A stretch of 64,000 nucleotides of DNA from Vicinamibacterales bacterium (GTDB lineage Bacteria > Acidobacteriota > Vicinamibacteria > Vicinamibacterales > UBA8438): contig CBDCCN010000002.1 of NCBI GenBank assembly GCA_965214865.1, positions 210,026-274,025 on the forward strand. Reading direction: 5' to 3'. A program made the translations under genes and the position numbers. Positions 9,749-19,022 of this stretch are shown piece by piece. The notes beneath the pieces are model-generated. The model worked only from the letters and a program-made list of their open reading frames with translations, made no database searches and had not been told where the DNA came from. Each line of letters begins with the position of its first letter. Position 1 is the first letter of the stretch.

Positions 9749-10231
9749 ATGCGTGTGATGCTCTTCCTCGGCTACTACGGGCTCGCGATGCTGTTCGGGT
9801 TTCTCCTCCGGGGCAGGTTCGACCAGTGGATGTACGCGAAGCCGCATATGCAGGAACGCCTGATCGTGTGGGCTGCCGATGCGGTGTCCCACGTCGAGCA
9901 GGGCGGCGAGGACCCGCTCGTCGTGCCGTTGACCGTCGACCCGCCGGCGTGGTCGCCGGTCATGCGGGCGACGCCGCTCGGCCGGTTCGTCCGTGCGGCC
10001 GCCGACCCGGGCCGCGCGGTGCCGGACGCCTCGCCGCCGGTGCGCTCCGGTCGTCCTCCGGAACGCGCGGTGCCGATCGAGCCCGGTACCGAGGCCCCGG
10101 TGTCGCTGGCGGCGGCGGCGCCGGCTGCGGCCGCCCCGGTGCCGCCGCCGGACGCGGTTCCTTCTCGGGCGGCTCCTGCGGACGCGGGCTACGGTGCGTC
10201 GGCGGCGGTGCGTTCCGGCGATCCGGTGTGA
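9749..10231 (+). CDS. Hypothetical membrane-anchored protein with Pro/Ala-rich tail
   Basis: ATG at 9749. The N-terminus is hydrophobic (MRVMLFLGYYGLAMLFGFLL). Confidence 0.5.
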   Translation: MRVMLFLGYYGLAMLFGFLLRGRFDQWMYAKPHMQERLIVWAADAVSHVEQGGEDPLVVPLTVDPPAWSPVMRATPLGRFVRAAADPGRAVPDASPPVRSGRPPERAVPIEPGTEAPVSLAAAAPAAAAPVPPPDAVPSRAAPADAGYGASAAVRSGDPV

Positions 10232-10278
10232 CGGTCCGGCCGGGCCCGTGAGGGCCGGCGGTAGTCGGGGAGGTACAG

Positions 10279-12054
10279 GTGGCGGACGACCGACAGGACG
10301 GCGGCGAGCGGTACGAGATCGACGGGCGCACGTACCGGGTCCATCCGGTCGCGGCCCTCTTCCCGCTGATCGAGGGGCGCGACTACGACGACCTGGTCGG
10401 CGACGTCCGCGCGCGCGGCGTGCAGGTGCCGGTCACCGTCTCCGGCGACCAGATTGTCGATGGACGGAACCGTGTTCGGGCGGCGCTCGACGCGGAGGTC
10501 GAGGTCCCGCTGCGCGAGCTCTCGGCCGGCGAGACGGCGGTCGCGGTCGCGACCAGCTACAACCTGATGCGCCGTCAGCTCAGTCCGTCCCAGCGCACCG
10601 TGATCGCGTCCGAGCTGATGCGCCTGCGCGTGCCGCAGGGCGGTTCGCCGCCGTTTGACCGCAACGGCGGCGGCGCTGCACCGGCATCGGACGGCTCGGA
10701 TTCGACCGACGGCGGCCTGTCGTTGCCGTTCGGCGCCCCGCCGGACCCGCCGGTGTCGCCCGATGCGTCCTCTGGCGGGCCTGCCCGTCGGGCTTCCGGG
10801 GTCCGTGCTCGGGCCGGGTCCGGTTCCCGGAGTTCTCGCGCCGACCCTGCTCCCGACGTCGGTCCGTCCAGCCGCCCGCAGCCTGACGGTGCGGCGCTCG
10901 ACGGCGGTCTGCCGGTCGACCGGCTGGTCGGTTCCGGTTCCGGGCCGGACTCGGTCTCCGGTGCTGCTTCTCCGGCGGCCGACGGCGACGGGCCTGCCGA
11001 ACCGGCTGCGGATTCTGCCGCTCCTTTCGACACCGTCGCAGGTGCCGATGGCGCTGGTGACGACGCCGAGCCGGGCGGCGAGCCGCTTGTCCGCCGCCAG
11101 TCCGAAGCCGCGGAGATGATGGGCGTCAGCCCCGAGTACCTGCGCGAGTTCGAGCGTGTCCGCGAGCAGGCTCCGGACCTCGTCGATCCCGTCAAGGACG
11201 GCCTGCTGACGGTCCGCGACGCGTACGCGATCCGCCAGGAGGATCTGGAGGTGCGCCGCCGCGCGGTCGAGAAGTGCCGCGCGGCCCGCGACGCCGGCCG
11301 GACGCTGTCGGCCGTCAATGCGGTCAAGTTGCTCGCCGGCAAGCCGCCGCGCTCGAAGTCGAAGTCGAAGGCCGCGGTTTCCGATGATGCCGATCTGCCT
11401 CCTCTGCCGTCGGTGACGCACGTGCCGGGCGCCGGTTCGCTCGGCGGCGGTCAGGCTGCGGCTGCGGCGCCGGCGGCGGTGCCTGCCGCGGGGGCGGCAG
11501 TCGGCGGAGCGGTTGACGGTGGGGCGGCTCCCGTCCCGCGGGCGGGGGTCGCGGACTCAGCGCTTCGGAACGGCGAGCTGTTCGTGCCGGCCCTCGTGCT
11601 CGCGGGCACGCGCATCGTCCTCGGCGAGATCGATCTCGATCCGTGCTCGTCGGAGGCCGCGCAGGAACGGGTCGCTGCGGCCGAGTGGTACGGGCGCTCG
11701 CAGGACGGTCTGTCGAACCCGTGGCGCGGCACGGTGTGGGTCTTCCCGCCGTTCGGCGCCGTCGACGCGTTCGCGTCGCACTTCGATCAGGAGCTGCGTG
11801 CCGGGCGCGTCCGTCAGGCCGGCTTCATGGGGCCGGCGTCGTTCGGCGAACCGTGGGCGCAGAAGCTGCTCGGTCTCCCGCAGCTGACGGCTGTCGTGGT
11901 GTCGCGCAAACCGACGTCGTTTCCGTCGTCCGACGGGTCGGATGTCCGGTCCGACTACGGGATGGCGGTGTTCTTCTTCGGCGTTGATTTGTCCGCGGTG
12001 CGGCGCAGCTACGCCCCGTGGGGCGCGGTGCTCGCCCCGGCTGCGGCGGGCTGA
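10279..12054 (+). CDS. ParB-like N-terminal domain / HTH / phage Dam-like (N6-adenine methyltransferase-like) C-terminal domain fusion
   Basis: GTG start 5 nt after GGGGAGG. The N-terminus is ParB-like (..VQVPVTVSGDQIVDGRNRVRAA..). A long low-complexity linker follows. The C-terminus shows IDLDPCSS...DGLSNPWRGTVWVFPPFG, laid out like phage-type Dam enzymes but with FPPF where (N/D)PP(Y/F) is expected. Confidence 0.75.
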   Translation: MADDRQDGGERYEIDGRTYRVHPVAALFPLIEGRDYDDLVGDVRARGVQVPVTVSGDQIVDGRNRVRAALDAEVEVPLRELSAGETAVAVATSYNLMRRQLSPSQRTVIASELMRLRVPQGGSPPFDRNGGGAAPASDGSDSTDGGLSLPFGAPPDPPVSPDASSGGPARRASGVRARAGSGSRSSRADPAPDVGPSSRPQPDGAALDGGLPVDRLVGSGSGPDSVSGAASPAADGDGPAEPAADSAAPFDTVAGADGAGDDAEPGGEPLVRRQSEAAEMMGVSPEYLREFERVREQAPDLVDPVKDGLLTVRDAYAIRQEDLEVRRRAVEKCRAARDAGRTLSAVNAVKLLAGKPPRSKSKSKAAVSDDADLPPLPSVTHVPGAGSLGGGQAAAAAPAAVPAAGAAVGGAVDGGAAPVPRAGVADSALRNGELFVPALVLAGTRIVLGEIDLDPCSSEAAQERVAAAEWYGRSQDGLSNPWRGTVWVFPPFGAVDAFASHFDQELRAGRVRQAGFMGPASFGEPWAQKLLGLPQLTAVVVSRKPTSFPSSDGSDVRSDYGMAVFFFGVDLSAVRRSYAPWGAVLAPAAAG

Positions 12055-12073
12055 TCGGTCGCGGAGCCGAGTC

Positions 12074-12625
12074 GTGTTTTCCCGCACTTGGGTGTCCGTG
12101 CTCGGCGCTTCCGTGCTGTTCTACCTGTTCAACGCCGCCATGCGTCCCGACGCGGGGTCAGTGCCGCCGACATCCGCCGACGTGCTGTTCGACGACCCGC
12201 TCGAGCAGCTCGCCCACTGTCTTGAGGACGTGCCGCTCCGCGCCGCAGAGGCGGCCGCGGTGGCTGTCCCGCCGCCCTCGGTCGAGTCCCTGTACCGCGC
12301 TTCCTGCCGGTCGGTTGTTACGGGTCCGTCGTTCACCCCGTTCGCTTCCCGGTACGGCGATCTCGCCCGCGATGTCGCGGCCGCGCTGCTGCGCCGCCAG
12401 GAGGCGTACGCGCGCGGCGTGCTGGCCGCCTCCGACGGTGCGGGTCTGGACCCGGACGTCGTCTGGCATGCCGCTCTCGGCCGTGCGGCGGTCGAGTTGC
12501 GTGCCTTCGGCGCCGACCTGCAGCGGTTCTACCGCGAGGCCGGTTCGGGTGTTCTGCTGCCGCCGATTGACGTCGGTCCCGACGTCACGCCGGCCGCTTC
12601 CGGGGGCTCGGTTCGTGGACGCTGA
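12074..12625 (+). CDS. Hypothetical membrane-anchored protein
   Basis: GTG at 12074 sits 7 nt after GGAG. The N-terminus has a TM-like segment (WVSVLGASVLFYLF). Confidence 0.45.
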   Translation: MFSRTWVSVLGASVLFYLFNAAMRPDAGSVPPTSADVLFDDPLEQLAHCLEDVPLRAAEAAAVAVPPPSVESLYRASCRSVVTGPSFTPFASRYGDLARDVAAALLRRQEAYARGVLAASDGAGLDPDVVWHAALGRAAVELRAFGADLQRFYREAGSGVLLPPIDVGPDVTPAASGGSVRGR

Positions 12626-12683
12626 CCCGGGCGCTCGCGCCGGCATCGTTCCGGCGTTGCTCCGCTACCTCGTTCCTGTCCGC

Positions 12684-13454
12684 TTGCAGCGGTACCGGCT
12701 GGTGGCCGCGGCCGCCGTGCCGCTGTTGATCACTGTCGCGGCGTGCGGTGGCGGTACGCTGCTGCCCCTGTCCGGCTCGTCGGCCGACCCGGTCGCCGGG
12801 TCGGCTGCGCGCTTGGCGCGCATCGGTTTGTTCGCGTCGCCCGCTGCGGCTGCTTCGGCGATGCCTCTCTCGTCGGTTCGTTCAGATCGCGCCCCGGCGG
12901 GTCGCGTCCGCTTGCGCGGCGTTGCGTCGCCGGCGCGCCTCCCTCGTGCGTGGCGGGGCCTCGCGGTCCGTCCGCCGGACTCGTGTGCGTACGACCCCGC
13001 CTACTACCGTGCGCCGCGCTCGTGGCCCCGTTTGCGGTCGGCGGTGCCGGGCCGCTGGAGGGAGCTCGCTGGCTGTGCGTTGTTCGAACCGGGCGGCCGC
13101 ATCGTCGAGGACCGGGTGATCGTGCCCCGTGATGCGCACGCTGCGGGCCTCTGTGGTGCGCCGCCCGGCGTGCGGGTCGCGTTCGCCCGTGATCCCGACA
13201 ACCGGCTGTTCCTCCCGGCAGCGGTCGCCCTCGCGCGGCGCGGCCCGGCGCCCGAACGCCCCGTTGACGTCTGGCTCCCGTTGGCGAACCGTTGCTGGTA
13301 CATCCGTGCACAGGTGCGGCTCCGCCGCCGCTACGGGCTGTCCGTCGCGGCCGTGGAGGTTCGGGCGTTCGCGGCTGTCCTGTCGGGCTGTCCGGCTGCG
13401 GTGCCGACGCCGTCGTGCCGGCCCGGCGCGTTCTGGGACCCGTCATGGCGGTGA
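12684..13454 (+). CDS. Putative lipoprotein
   Basis: A TTG start gives MQRYRLVAAAAVPLLITVAAC, which has a lipobox-like VAAC. The mature part contains several Cys. Confidence 0.5.
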   Translation: MQRYRLVAAAAVPLLITVAACGGGTLLPLSGSSADPVAGSAARLARIGLFASPAAAASAMPLSSVRSDRAPAGRVRLRGVASPARLPRAWRGLAVRPPDSCAYDPAYYRAPRSWPRLRSAVPGRWRELAGCALFEPGGRIVEDRVIVPRDAHAAGLCGAPPGVRVAFARDPDNRLFLPAAVALARRGPAPERPVDVWLPLANRCWYIRAQVRLRRRYGLSVAAVEVRAFAAVLSGCPAAVPTPSCRPGAFWDPSWR

Positions 13455-13969
13455 TGTGGCGTCGTCGCGGCGCGGCGCGGTTCCCTTTCCGCCGGCTCCG
13501 CCGCCGCGTACGCGTCGTCGTGCGTCGGTTCTGTTCCCGCATGCTCGTCGTCGCGGTCGTCACGGCGTGGACGTATCCGTTCGTGTTGGCCCTCTGGTCG
13601 GCCCATCTCCAGTCGTTTGTGGCCGGCCGGCTGGTCATCGGGAGCGCCGCTCCGGTTCCGGTTGTCGGCGCCGCGGTCGTGCTGGTACCGCAGCCGCGCT
13701 CTCCTGCACCGGAAGCCTTGGCGGCGTATGGGCGGATCGATCCCGGTCCCGGCGTCGACGGGTCCACGGTCGAGCAGCTCGCGGTCTGGTTGTGGCCGGA
13801 TGTCGATGGCTTCTTCGCCGCACAGCACCTCGCGCCGCGTCTTCCGTACCGGATCGAGGTCCGCAGGGCCGGCTGCCAGCCCGTCGACTTCGGCGTCCGC
13901 CGTTTCGCGCTCTTGTCGGTCTCGTCGCGGCGGCTCCGGCTGGAGGTTCCCCGGTGTCCGTCTTCGTGA
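13445..13969 (+). CDS. Hypothetical Arg-rich N-terminus plus TM protein
   Basis: ATG at 13445 or 13454 overlaps the upstream stop (TGATG), which suggests translational coupling. TM segment MLVVAVVTAWTYPFVLAL. Confidence 0.45.
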   Translation: MAVMWRRRGAARFPFRRLRRRVRVVVRRFCSRMLVVAVVTAWTYPFVLALWSAHLQSFVAGRLVIGSAAPVPVVGAAVVLVPQPRSPAPEALAAYGRIDPGPGVDGSTVEQLAVWLWPDVDGFFAAQHLAPRLPYRIEVRRAGCQPVDFGVRRFALLSVSSRRLRLEVPRCPSS

Positions 13970-14523
13970 CCGTCCGGACTGTGTGGATGCGCGCCCGCGC
14001 CCGCGCGGCGTCCGTCCGTGTCCGCTGGTCGTGGCGCCGCCGCCGTTTCGTTGCCCGCCGGAAGGCGTCGCTCGCCGCGCTGTGCGTCGTCGTCACCGTC
14101 GCCGGCTCGTACCATTCTCCGGTCGTCTACTGGCAGTGGCGGGCCACGATCTTGTCGGGGGCGCCGTCGTTGGGCGGTCGCATTTCCGTGCAGCCGCCCA
14201 GCCGGGGCGGTGTCGTCCGTGCGGCCTCGGTGCGGCTTGTTCCGGTGGGGCCGGTCTTCGGTGGCCTACACCGGTTCCTGTCGCCGCCGCGCGCGGTCGT
14301 GCTCACGCCGTCGTTCGGCGGCCGCTGGCAGGCGTCGTGGTTCGCCGCGCCGCGCTTGCGGCCCGGGTGGTCCTACGCGGTCGTCGTCGCGGCGGAGCGT
14401 TGCCGGCCCGTGATGGCCGGGTTGGTGCCGGTCGGCTTTGTGGCCGCGCGGCGCGTCGATACCGTGATCGCGTCCTGCTGGCCCGAGCCTCCGCTTCGGC
14501 GTTCCCGGCCGCTTGGTCGCTGA
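13954..14523 (+). CDS. Hypothetical Arg-rich N-terminus plus TM protein (architectural paralog of the previous gene)
   Basis: GTG at 13954 sits 7 nt after GGAGG and overlaps the upstream gene by 16 nt. TM segment LAALCVVVTVAG. Confidence 0.45.
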   Translation: MSVFVTVRTVWMRARARAASVRVRWSWRRRRFVARRKASLAALCVVVTVAGSYHSPVVYWQWRATILSGAPSLGGRISVQPPSRGGVVRAASVRLVPVGPVFGGLHRFLSPPRAVVLTPSFGGRWQASWFAAPRLRPGWSYAVVVAAERCRPVMAGLVPVGFVAARRVDTVIASCWPEPPLRRSRPLGR

Positions 14524-14916
14524 ACTGTTTCGTCGTCCGCACGGCCTCTGTACTGCTCCCGCTCTCTGTCCCCGTTGTTGCCGTGGTGGTTCAGACCCAC
14601 GCGTTCGCGGTTGTCTTGCCGGCCGGCCCGCCGGCTGGTCTGTTCATGGGCTCGTCGCTACCCTGGTTCGTCTCGTGCGGCCGTCCAGGATCGCGTCCAG
14701 GATCCGTTTTCTTTCGGCGCTTTTCTCTGCCATTTTGTGCTCGATTGTGCTGTGCCCGGCTCGTCCGACTCGTCCCTGCTCGTTCGGCGGGGTTGCGTTG
14801 CCGGGACGTCGTTCGACCCACTCTCGCGGTGTGTCGCCGGACCTCGGACTCCTTTCGAATCAATGCTTTACGGTGCAGCGTGCTCGTTCGCCCGGTTCGT
14901 CCCGGCCGCCGTATGG

Positions 14917-15387
14917 TTACCGTTCGGGTGGCGTTGGCGGCTTGATGTCTCTGTTCTTGGTGGCGAGCGCCCCGAACAGGTACTCGCCTACGTCGTCGGG
15001 AACGTCGCGGCGGTGCTCCCAGAGGAGGTCGCCGGTCGCCGCGTCGAGCGCCTGGATGACGTCGTTCGGGTTCGGCATGTACATGACGCCGCCGTAGGCG
15101 AGCGGGGTGCCCGACTGGAAGCCCTCGGTGAGCCCCCGCGTCCAGACCATGCGCAGTTCGCCCACGTTGTCCGTGTCGATCTGATCCAGCGGGCTGTAGC
15201 CCCAGCCGTCGAGGGTGCGGCGCCACGTCAGCCAGTCGCCGTCGGCCGGCTGCTGGAGCATGGCGTCGGTGACCGGCGTGAAGTCGTCGTCGGACTGCGC
15301 GCCGACCGGGGACGCGCCCGACGTCAGCGGCACGACGGCGAGAACGGCGAGGGCTGCGCACCGCGGCGCGGGAGGCGAGGTATGCAT
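14917..15387 (-). pseudogene. N-terminal fragment (about 148 aa) of a PQQ-dependent dehydrogenase (quinoprotein)
   Basis: It aligns residue-for-residue with the N-terminus of the 29383 gene ([58 protein letters not shown]). Similarity stops at ..ATKNRD, around nt 14950. The ORF then runs 8 codons into unrelated sequence and stops. Confidence 0.8.
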
Positions 15388-15464
15388 CGTTCGGCTCCTG
15401 GTTCCTGTGAGGTCACACGTTGCCTGCCCCGCCGCGGCCGGCGCCGGGCACGTGGGTCATCCGG

Positions 15465-18026
15465 TCAGAGCGCTCCCAGCGCGCGGCGCTGCCGCTCCAG
15501 CCGGTGCGCGCGTTGCCGGGCGAAGCGGGCGACGCCCTGGTAGATCGACTCCTCGTCGAGGCGCGCCTCGGCGATCACGTCCGGCTCCGTGCCCCCGCTC
15601 CGCCAGCGGTCGTCGAAGTCGGCGTAGAGCGAGTACTCCTCGGTGAGGGAGCCGAGACTGGGAATCGGAGGCGCCCGTTTGGTCATCGTGCTGACGACCA
15701 TGCAGTCGTAGCGCGACGCGTCGGGCAGCAGCTTCTCCCGGTATTCCGCCGGCTGGACCGCGAACAGCTCGGTGCTGATCACGGCCACGATGCGCACGTT
15801 GAGGCCCGCGGCCTCGAGGCGCGGAATCACGTCGACCAGGTTCTTCGTCGAGCTCGATCCCTGCACGAAGACGGTGCCCATCGGCGGCGCGCCGGGGTCG
15901 TACTCCCGGATCAGATAGAGCCCCTTCGCCGCCGCCTTCAGGTCGGTGTCGGCGAAGGTCGACCGGTCCGTCACCAGGAAGTCCGGCCGCGCGACGTGGA
16001 TGACGATGATGCCGACCTCCTTGACCGCCAGCGCCTGCTGGACGGCGGCGAAGTAGCCGGGGGCCACGTCGTTGTAGTCCCAGAAATAGAGGTTGACGAC
16101 CTGGCCGCGCGGCAGCAGGGTCCACACCTGCGGCGCGAAGATCCCGAAGTGGGTGCGGGCGTCGGCCGCCGTCTCCGGACCCGAATGGCCGGCCAGCACG
16201 TGCAGCACCCCGAGCTGGAAGGGGCTGTCCTGGTTCATCTGCGAGAACACCCGCGCCGGGGTGTACATCAGCGGCGTGAACGCGCCGTAGGTGCCCGAGA
16301 TGCCCCACACCCCGGCGTACCTGCCGGGGTCGGTCGATGCGTTCTGGCTGACCAGCCCGATGATGGTCGACGCGTTGCCCGCCTCCTGTATCGCCGCCTT
16401 CAGCCGCGTGCCGTACGGGTTGTCGACCGGGTCGTAGTGGCCGAGCAGGTTCGCCTTCTCGACGTTGATCGAGCCGGACAGGTCCGCCGCCAGCGTCATG
16501 AAGCGCCCGCCGGTGACGTAGTTCAGCCAGGCGCCGATCTCGCTGACGGCCCGCCGCGGTCCCTTCTTCTCTCCCGGTTCGAGGAACAGGGAGATCCGCC
16601 GCTCGACATCCTTGCCGGTGTGCGGGTTGCGCACCACCACGTCCTGCGGCTGCGTCGGCAGGTTCTCCACCTGCAGGCGCTCGTCGAGGAACGGGTCGGC
16701 GGTGGGGTCGATGCCCAGCGACAGCGCGCGGTCGACCGTCGCCGCGACGTCGAGCACCCGCTCGGCGAGCCACGCGCGCAGCCCCGCCCGGCGCTCCATC
16801 ACCGACATCACCGCGTCCACGTTCGTCTTGAACTGGATCAGGCGCTCCGCCTCGGTCGCCGGCACCCCGTCGCGGATGCCGTCGAAGCGGACGCCGTAGG
16901 CCTGCTCGAAGGACTCCGCCAGCGCGACGAAGTAATCGCTGTTCATCTTGAACGCGTAGGGGTGGGACGGGTAGCCGACGATCTGCTCTCGCCCGCCGAT
17001 CCGCCCGTCGCGGGCCGCCGGCCACCAGCCCTTGACGGTCGGGCCGACCAGGATCATCGGCCGCCGGTCGTCGGCCGGCCACTCCTCCATGGCCCTGAAC
17101 GCGGCCAGTACCTGGTCGAAGTCGTTCCCGTTCTCGACCGTGAAGACGTTCCAGCCCCACGAGACCCACTGCCGGACGATGTCGTAGTCCGCGTAGCGCG
17201 GCTTGACCACGCCGCCGACCAGGCTGTCGTCGATCCCCGCGTTGTTCTGCGACACGATCACCCGCAGCCGCTTGCCGACCTGCTGCGCCAGGGCGATGTT
17301 CTTCAGCTCCTGCGCATGCCCCTCGGTCAGGGCGAACTCGCCTTCGAGCGCCATGACCTTCAGCCCCGGCGGCGCCCCCACGTAGTCCCAGAACAGCGCC
17401 TTGCCCGCGGCGGTGGCGATGCCGATGCCGGACGGACCGCCGTTGACGTCGTTCGTCACGTCGATGGACTCGGCGTGTCCCGACAGTGCGCGGATGCCGC
17501 GGCCCTTCGCGTCCGCGAAGAGCGGGTGATCGGTGAGGCCGTTTTCCGCCAGCAGCGTCGCCAGCGCGCCGGCCCCGCGGCGGAACCCCAGCGCGTCGAT
17601 CGGCAGCATCGCCACCTCGGGGTCGCAGGCGAAACGCGCGTCGCCGGTCTCTTCGTGCCGCCGCCGCAGCGCCTCGTACAGGATCATCCACAGTGCGTAA
17701 CAGGTCGGTATGCAGTGACCGCCGGCGAGCATGAACTTGTCGGCGTAGGCGAACTTCGGCTCCCGCAGGTCGTAGCGCAGCCCGCCCGATGCCGGCCCCG
17801 CCAGGTGACAGGCCACGTTGTAGGGCGTGTAGGCCAGCGGCCCGCCGAAGTGCCCGGTCTGGGCGTAGTTGCCCATCAGACACAGGCTCATCGCGGTCAT
17901 GAAGGCGACGTCTCCGAACCGTTCGCGGTCGTAGTCGGGCAGCTCGACCGCATGGGCTTCGAGCCGGTCCGCCGCCGAGACGGTGTGCAGGGTGACGGCC
18001 TGCCGGACGGACGCTGGTGTGGTCAT
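15465..18026 (-). CDS. Transketolase-like TPP-dependent enzyme (fused N- and C-terminal modules)
   Basis: Motifs GHFGGPLAY, GGHCIPTCYAL, GGPSGIGIATAAG and ALEGEFALTEGHAQE are typical of the transketolase family. ATG at 18026; an alternative start lies at 18053. Confidence 0.7.
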   Translation of the reverse strand: MTTPASVRQAVTLHTVSAADRLEAHAVELPDYDRERFGDVAFMTAMSLCLMGNYAQTGHFGGPLAYTPYNVACHLAGPASGGLRYDLREPKFAYADKFMLAGGHCIPTCYALWMILYEALRRRHEETGDARFACDPEVAMLPIDALGFRRGAGALATLLAENGLTDHPLFADAKGRGIRALSGHAESIDVTNDVNGGPSGIGIATAAGKALFWDYVGAPPGLKVMALEGEFALTEGHAQELKNIALAQQVGKRLRVIVSQNNAGIDDSLVGGVVKPRYADYDIVRQWVSWGWNVFTVENGNDFDQVLAAFRAMEEWPADDRRPMILVGPTVKGWWPAARDGRIGGREQIVGYPSHPYAFKMNSDYFVALAESFEQAYGVRFDGIRDGVPATEAERLIQFKTNVDAVMSVMERRAGLRAWLAERVLDVAATVDRALSLGIDPTADPFLDERLQVENLPTQPQDVVVRNPHTGKDVERRISLFLEPGEKKGPRRAVSEIGAWLNYVTGGRFMTLAADLSGSINVEKANLLGHYDPVDNPYGTRLKAAIQEAGNASTIIGLVSQNASTDPGRYAGVWGISGTYGAFTPLMYTPARVFSQMNQDSPFQLGVLHVLAGHSGPETAADARTHFGIFAPQVWTLLPRGQVVNLYFWDYNDVAPGYFAAVQQALAVKEVGIIVIHVARPDFLVTDRSTFADTDLKAAAKGLYLIREYDPGAPPMGTVFVQGSSSTKNLVDVIPRLEAAGLNVRIVAVISTELFAVQPAEYREKLLPDASRYDCMVVSTMTKRAPPIPSLGSLTEEYSLYADFDDRWRSGGTEPDVIAEARLDEESIYQGVARFARQRAHRLERQRRALGAL

Positions 18027-18182
18027 GGCGTTGCTGGCGTTGCGGCCCGGCACGCGATTCGCGCGAGCCGGGCAGGGATCGCATACTACACGCCGGGCGG
18101 CTCGGTGTCAGCCCGCACCGCCGATGCTCGTCGAGACGCGGGCCAGGCGCGGCGCAGGTCATGAAACGGAGACAGTCGAGCC

Positions 18183-18941
18183 ATGCACTTCAATGCCAAG
18201 GCCGTCCTGGTGACCGGCGCATCCAGGGGCATCGGGCGCGCGATCGCCCGGCAGTTCGCCGGACGCGGCGCGCGGGTCGCCGTGCACTACCGCAGCGGGC
18301 GCGCCGAGGCGGAGCAGACACTGGCCGGATTGCCCGGAGGACCGCACCTGATCGTCCAGGCCGATGTCGGCGACCCCGGCGCCGTGGAACGCATGGTCGA
18401 CACGGCGGCGACCGGCCTCGGCCGCATCGACGTCCTGGTCAACAACGCCGGGATCTACGAGGCGCATCCGCCGGCCGAGGTGTCCTACGAAGAGTGGCAG
18501 GCGGGCTGGCGGCGGACGCTGGAGACGAATCTGCTCGGCGCCGCCAACGCCGCCTGGTGCGCCGCCCGGCACATGATCCGGCACGGCGGCGGCCGCATCG
18601 TCAACGTCTCGTCACGCGGCGCGTTTCGCGGCGAGCCGGACGCCCCCGCCTACGGGGCCAGCAAGGCCGGCATGAACGCGATGAGCCAGTCCCTCGCGCT
18701 GGCCCTGGCCCCGTACGGCATCTTCGTAGGAGCCGTCGCCCCCGGCTTCGTCACCACCGATCGGGTGGCGCACCGGCTGGACGGCCCGGAAGGAGAGGAC
18801 ATCCGCCGGCAGAGTCCGCTCGGCCGCGTGGCGACGCCGGACGAAGTGGCGTACGCGGTGGCCTTCCTGGCGTCCGCGGGGGCGGAGTTCGCGACCGGGG
18901 CGATCATCGACGTCAACGGCGCGTCGTACCTGCGCTCCTGA
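18183..18941 (+). CDS. Short-chain dehydrogenase/reductase (FabG-like)
   Basis: TGASRGIG cofactor motif, NNAG, and catalytic YGASKAG. Confidence 0.9.
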   Translation: MHFNAKAVLVTGASRGIGRAIARQFAGRGARVAVHYRSGRAEAEQTLAGLPGGPHLIVQADVGDPGAVERMVDTAATGLGRIDVLVNNAGIYEAHPPAEVSYEEWQAGWRRTLETNLLGAANAAWCAARHMIRHGGGRIVNVSSRGAFRGEPDAPAYGASKAGMNAMSQSLALALAPYGIFVGAVAPGFVTTDRVAHRLDGPEGEDIRRQSPLGRVATPDEVAYAVAFLASAGAEFATGAIIDVNGASYLRS

Positions 18942-19022
18942 TCACCGCGGGGGCGCCACAACCGCTTCGAGCGCGCCTCACACGAGCTGCGACAGCAGGG
19001 TCCTGGCCGAAACCACATCCCG

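Noticed and set aside
14851-14873. Possible shared end sequence between the left block and the 10.3-kb island (CCGTAAAGCATTGATTCGAAAGG vs CCGTATTCATTGAGAAAACGG at 30706..30726)
   Set aside because: The match is weak and gapped, lies at different distances from the respective junctions, and no GGCTGGCAG repeats occur near 14950. It is probably coincidental.
15420-18164. 914-aa plus-strand ORF and 901-aa alternative minus-frame ORF (15457..18162)
   Set aside because: Both overlap the transketolase-like gene. Their translations are low-complexity (R/P/G/A/D) and show no motifs.
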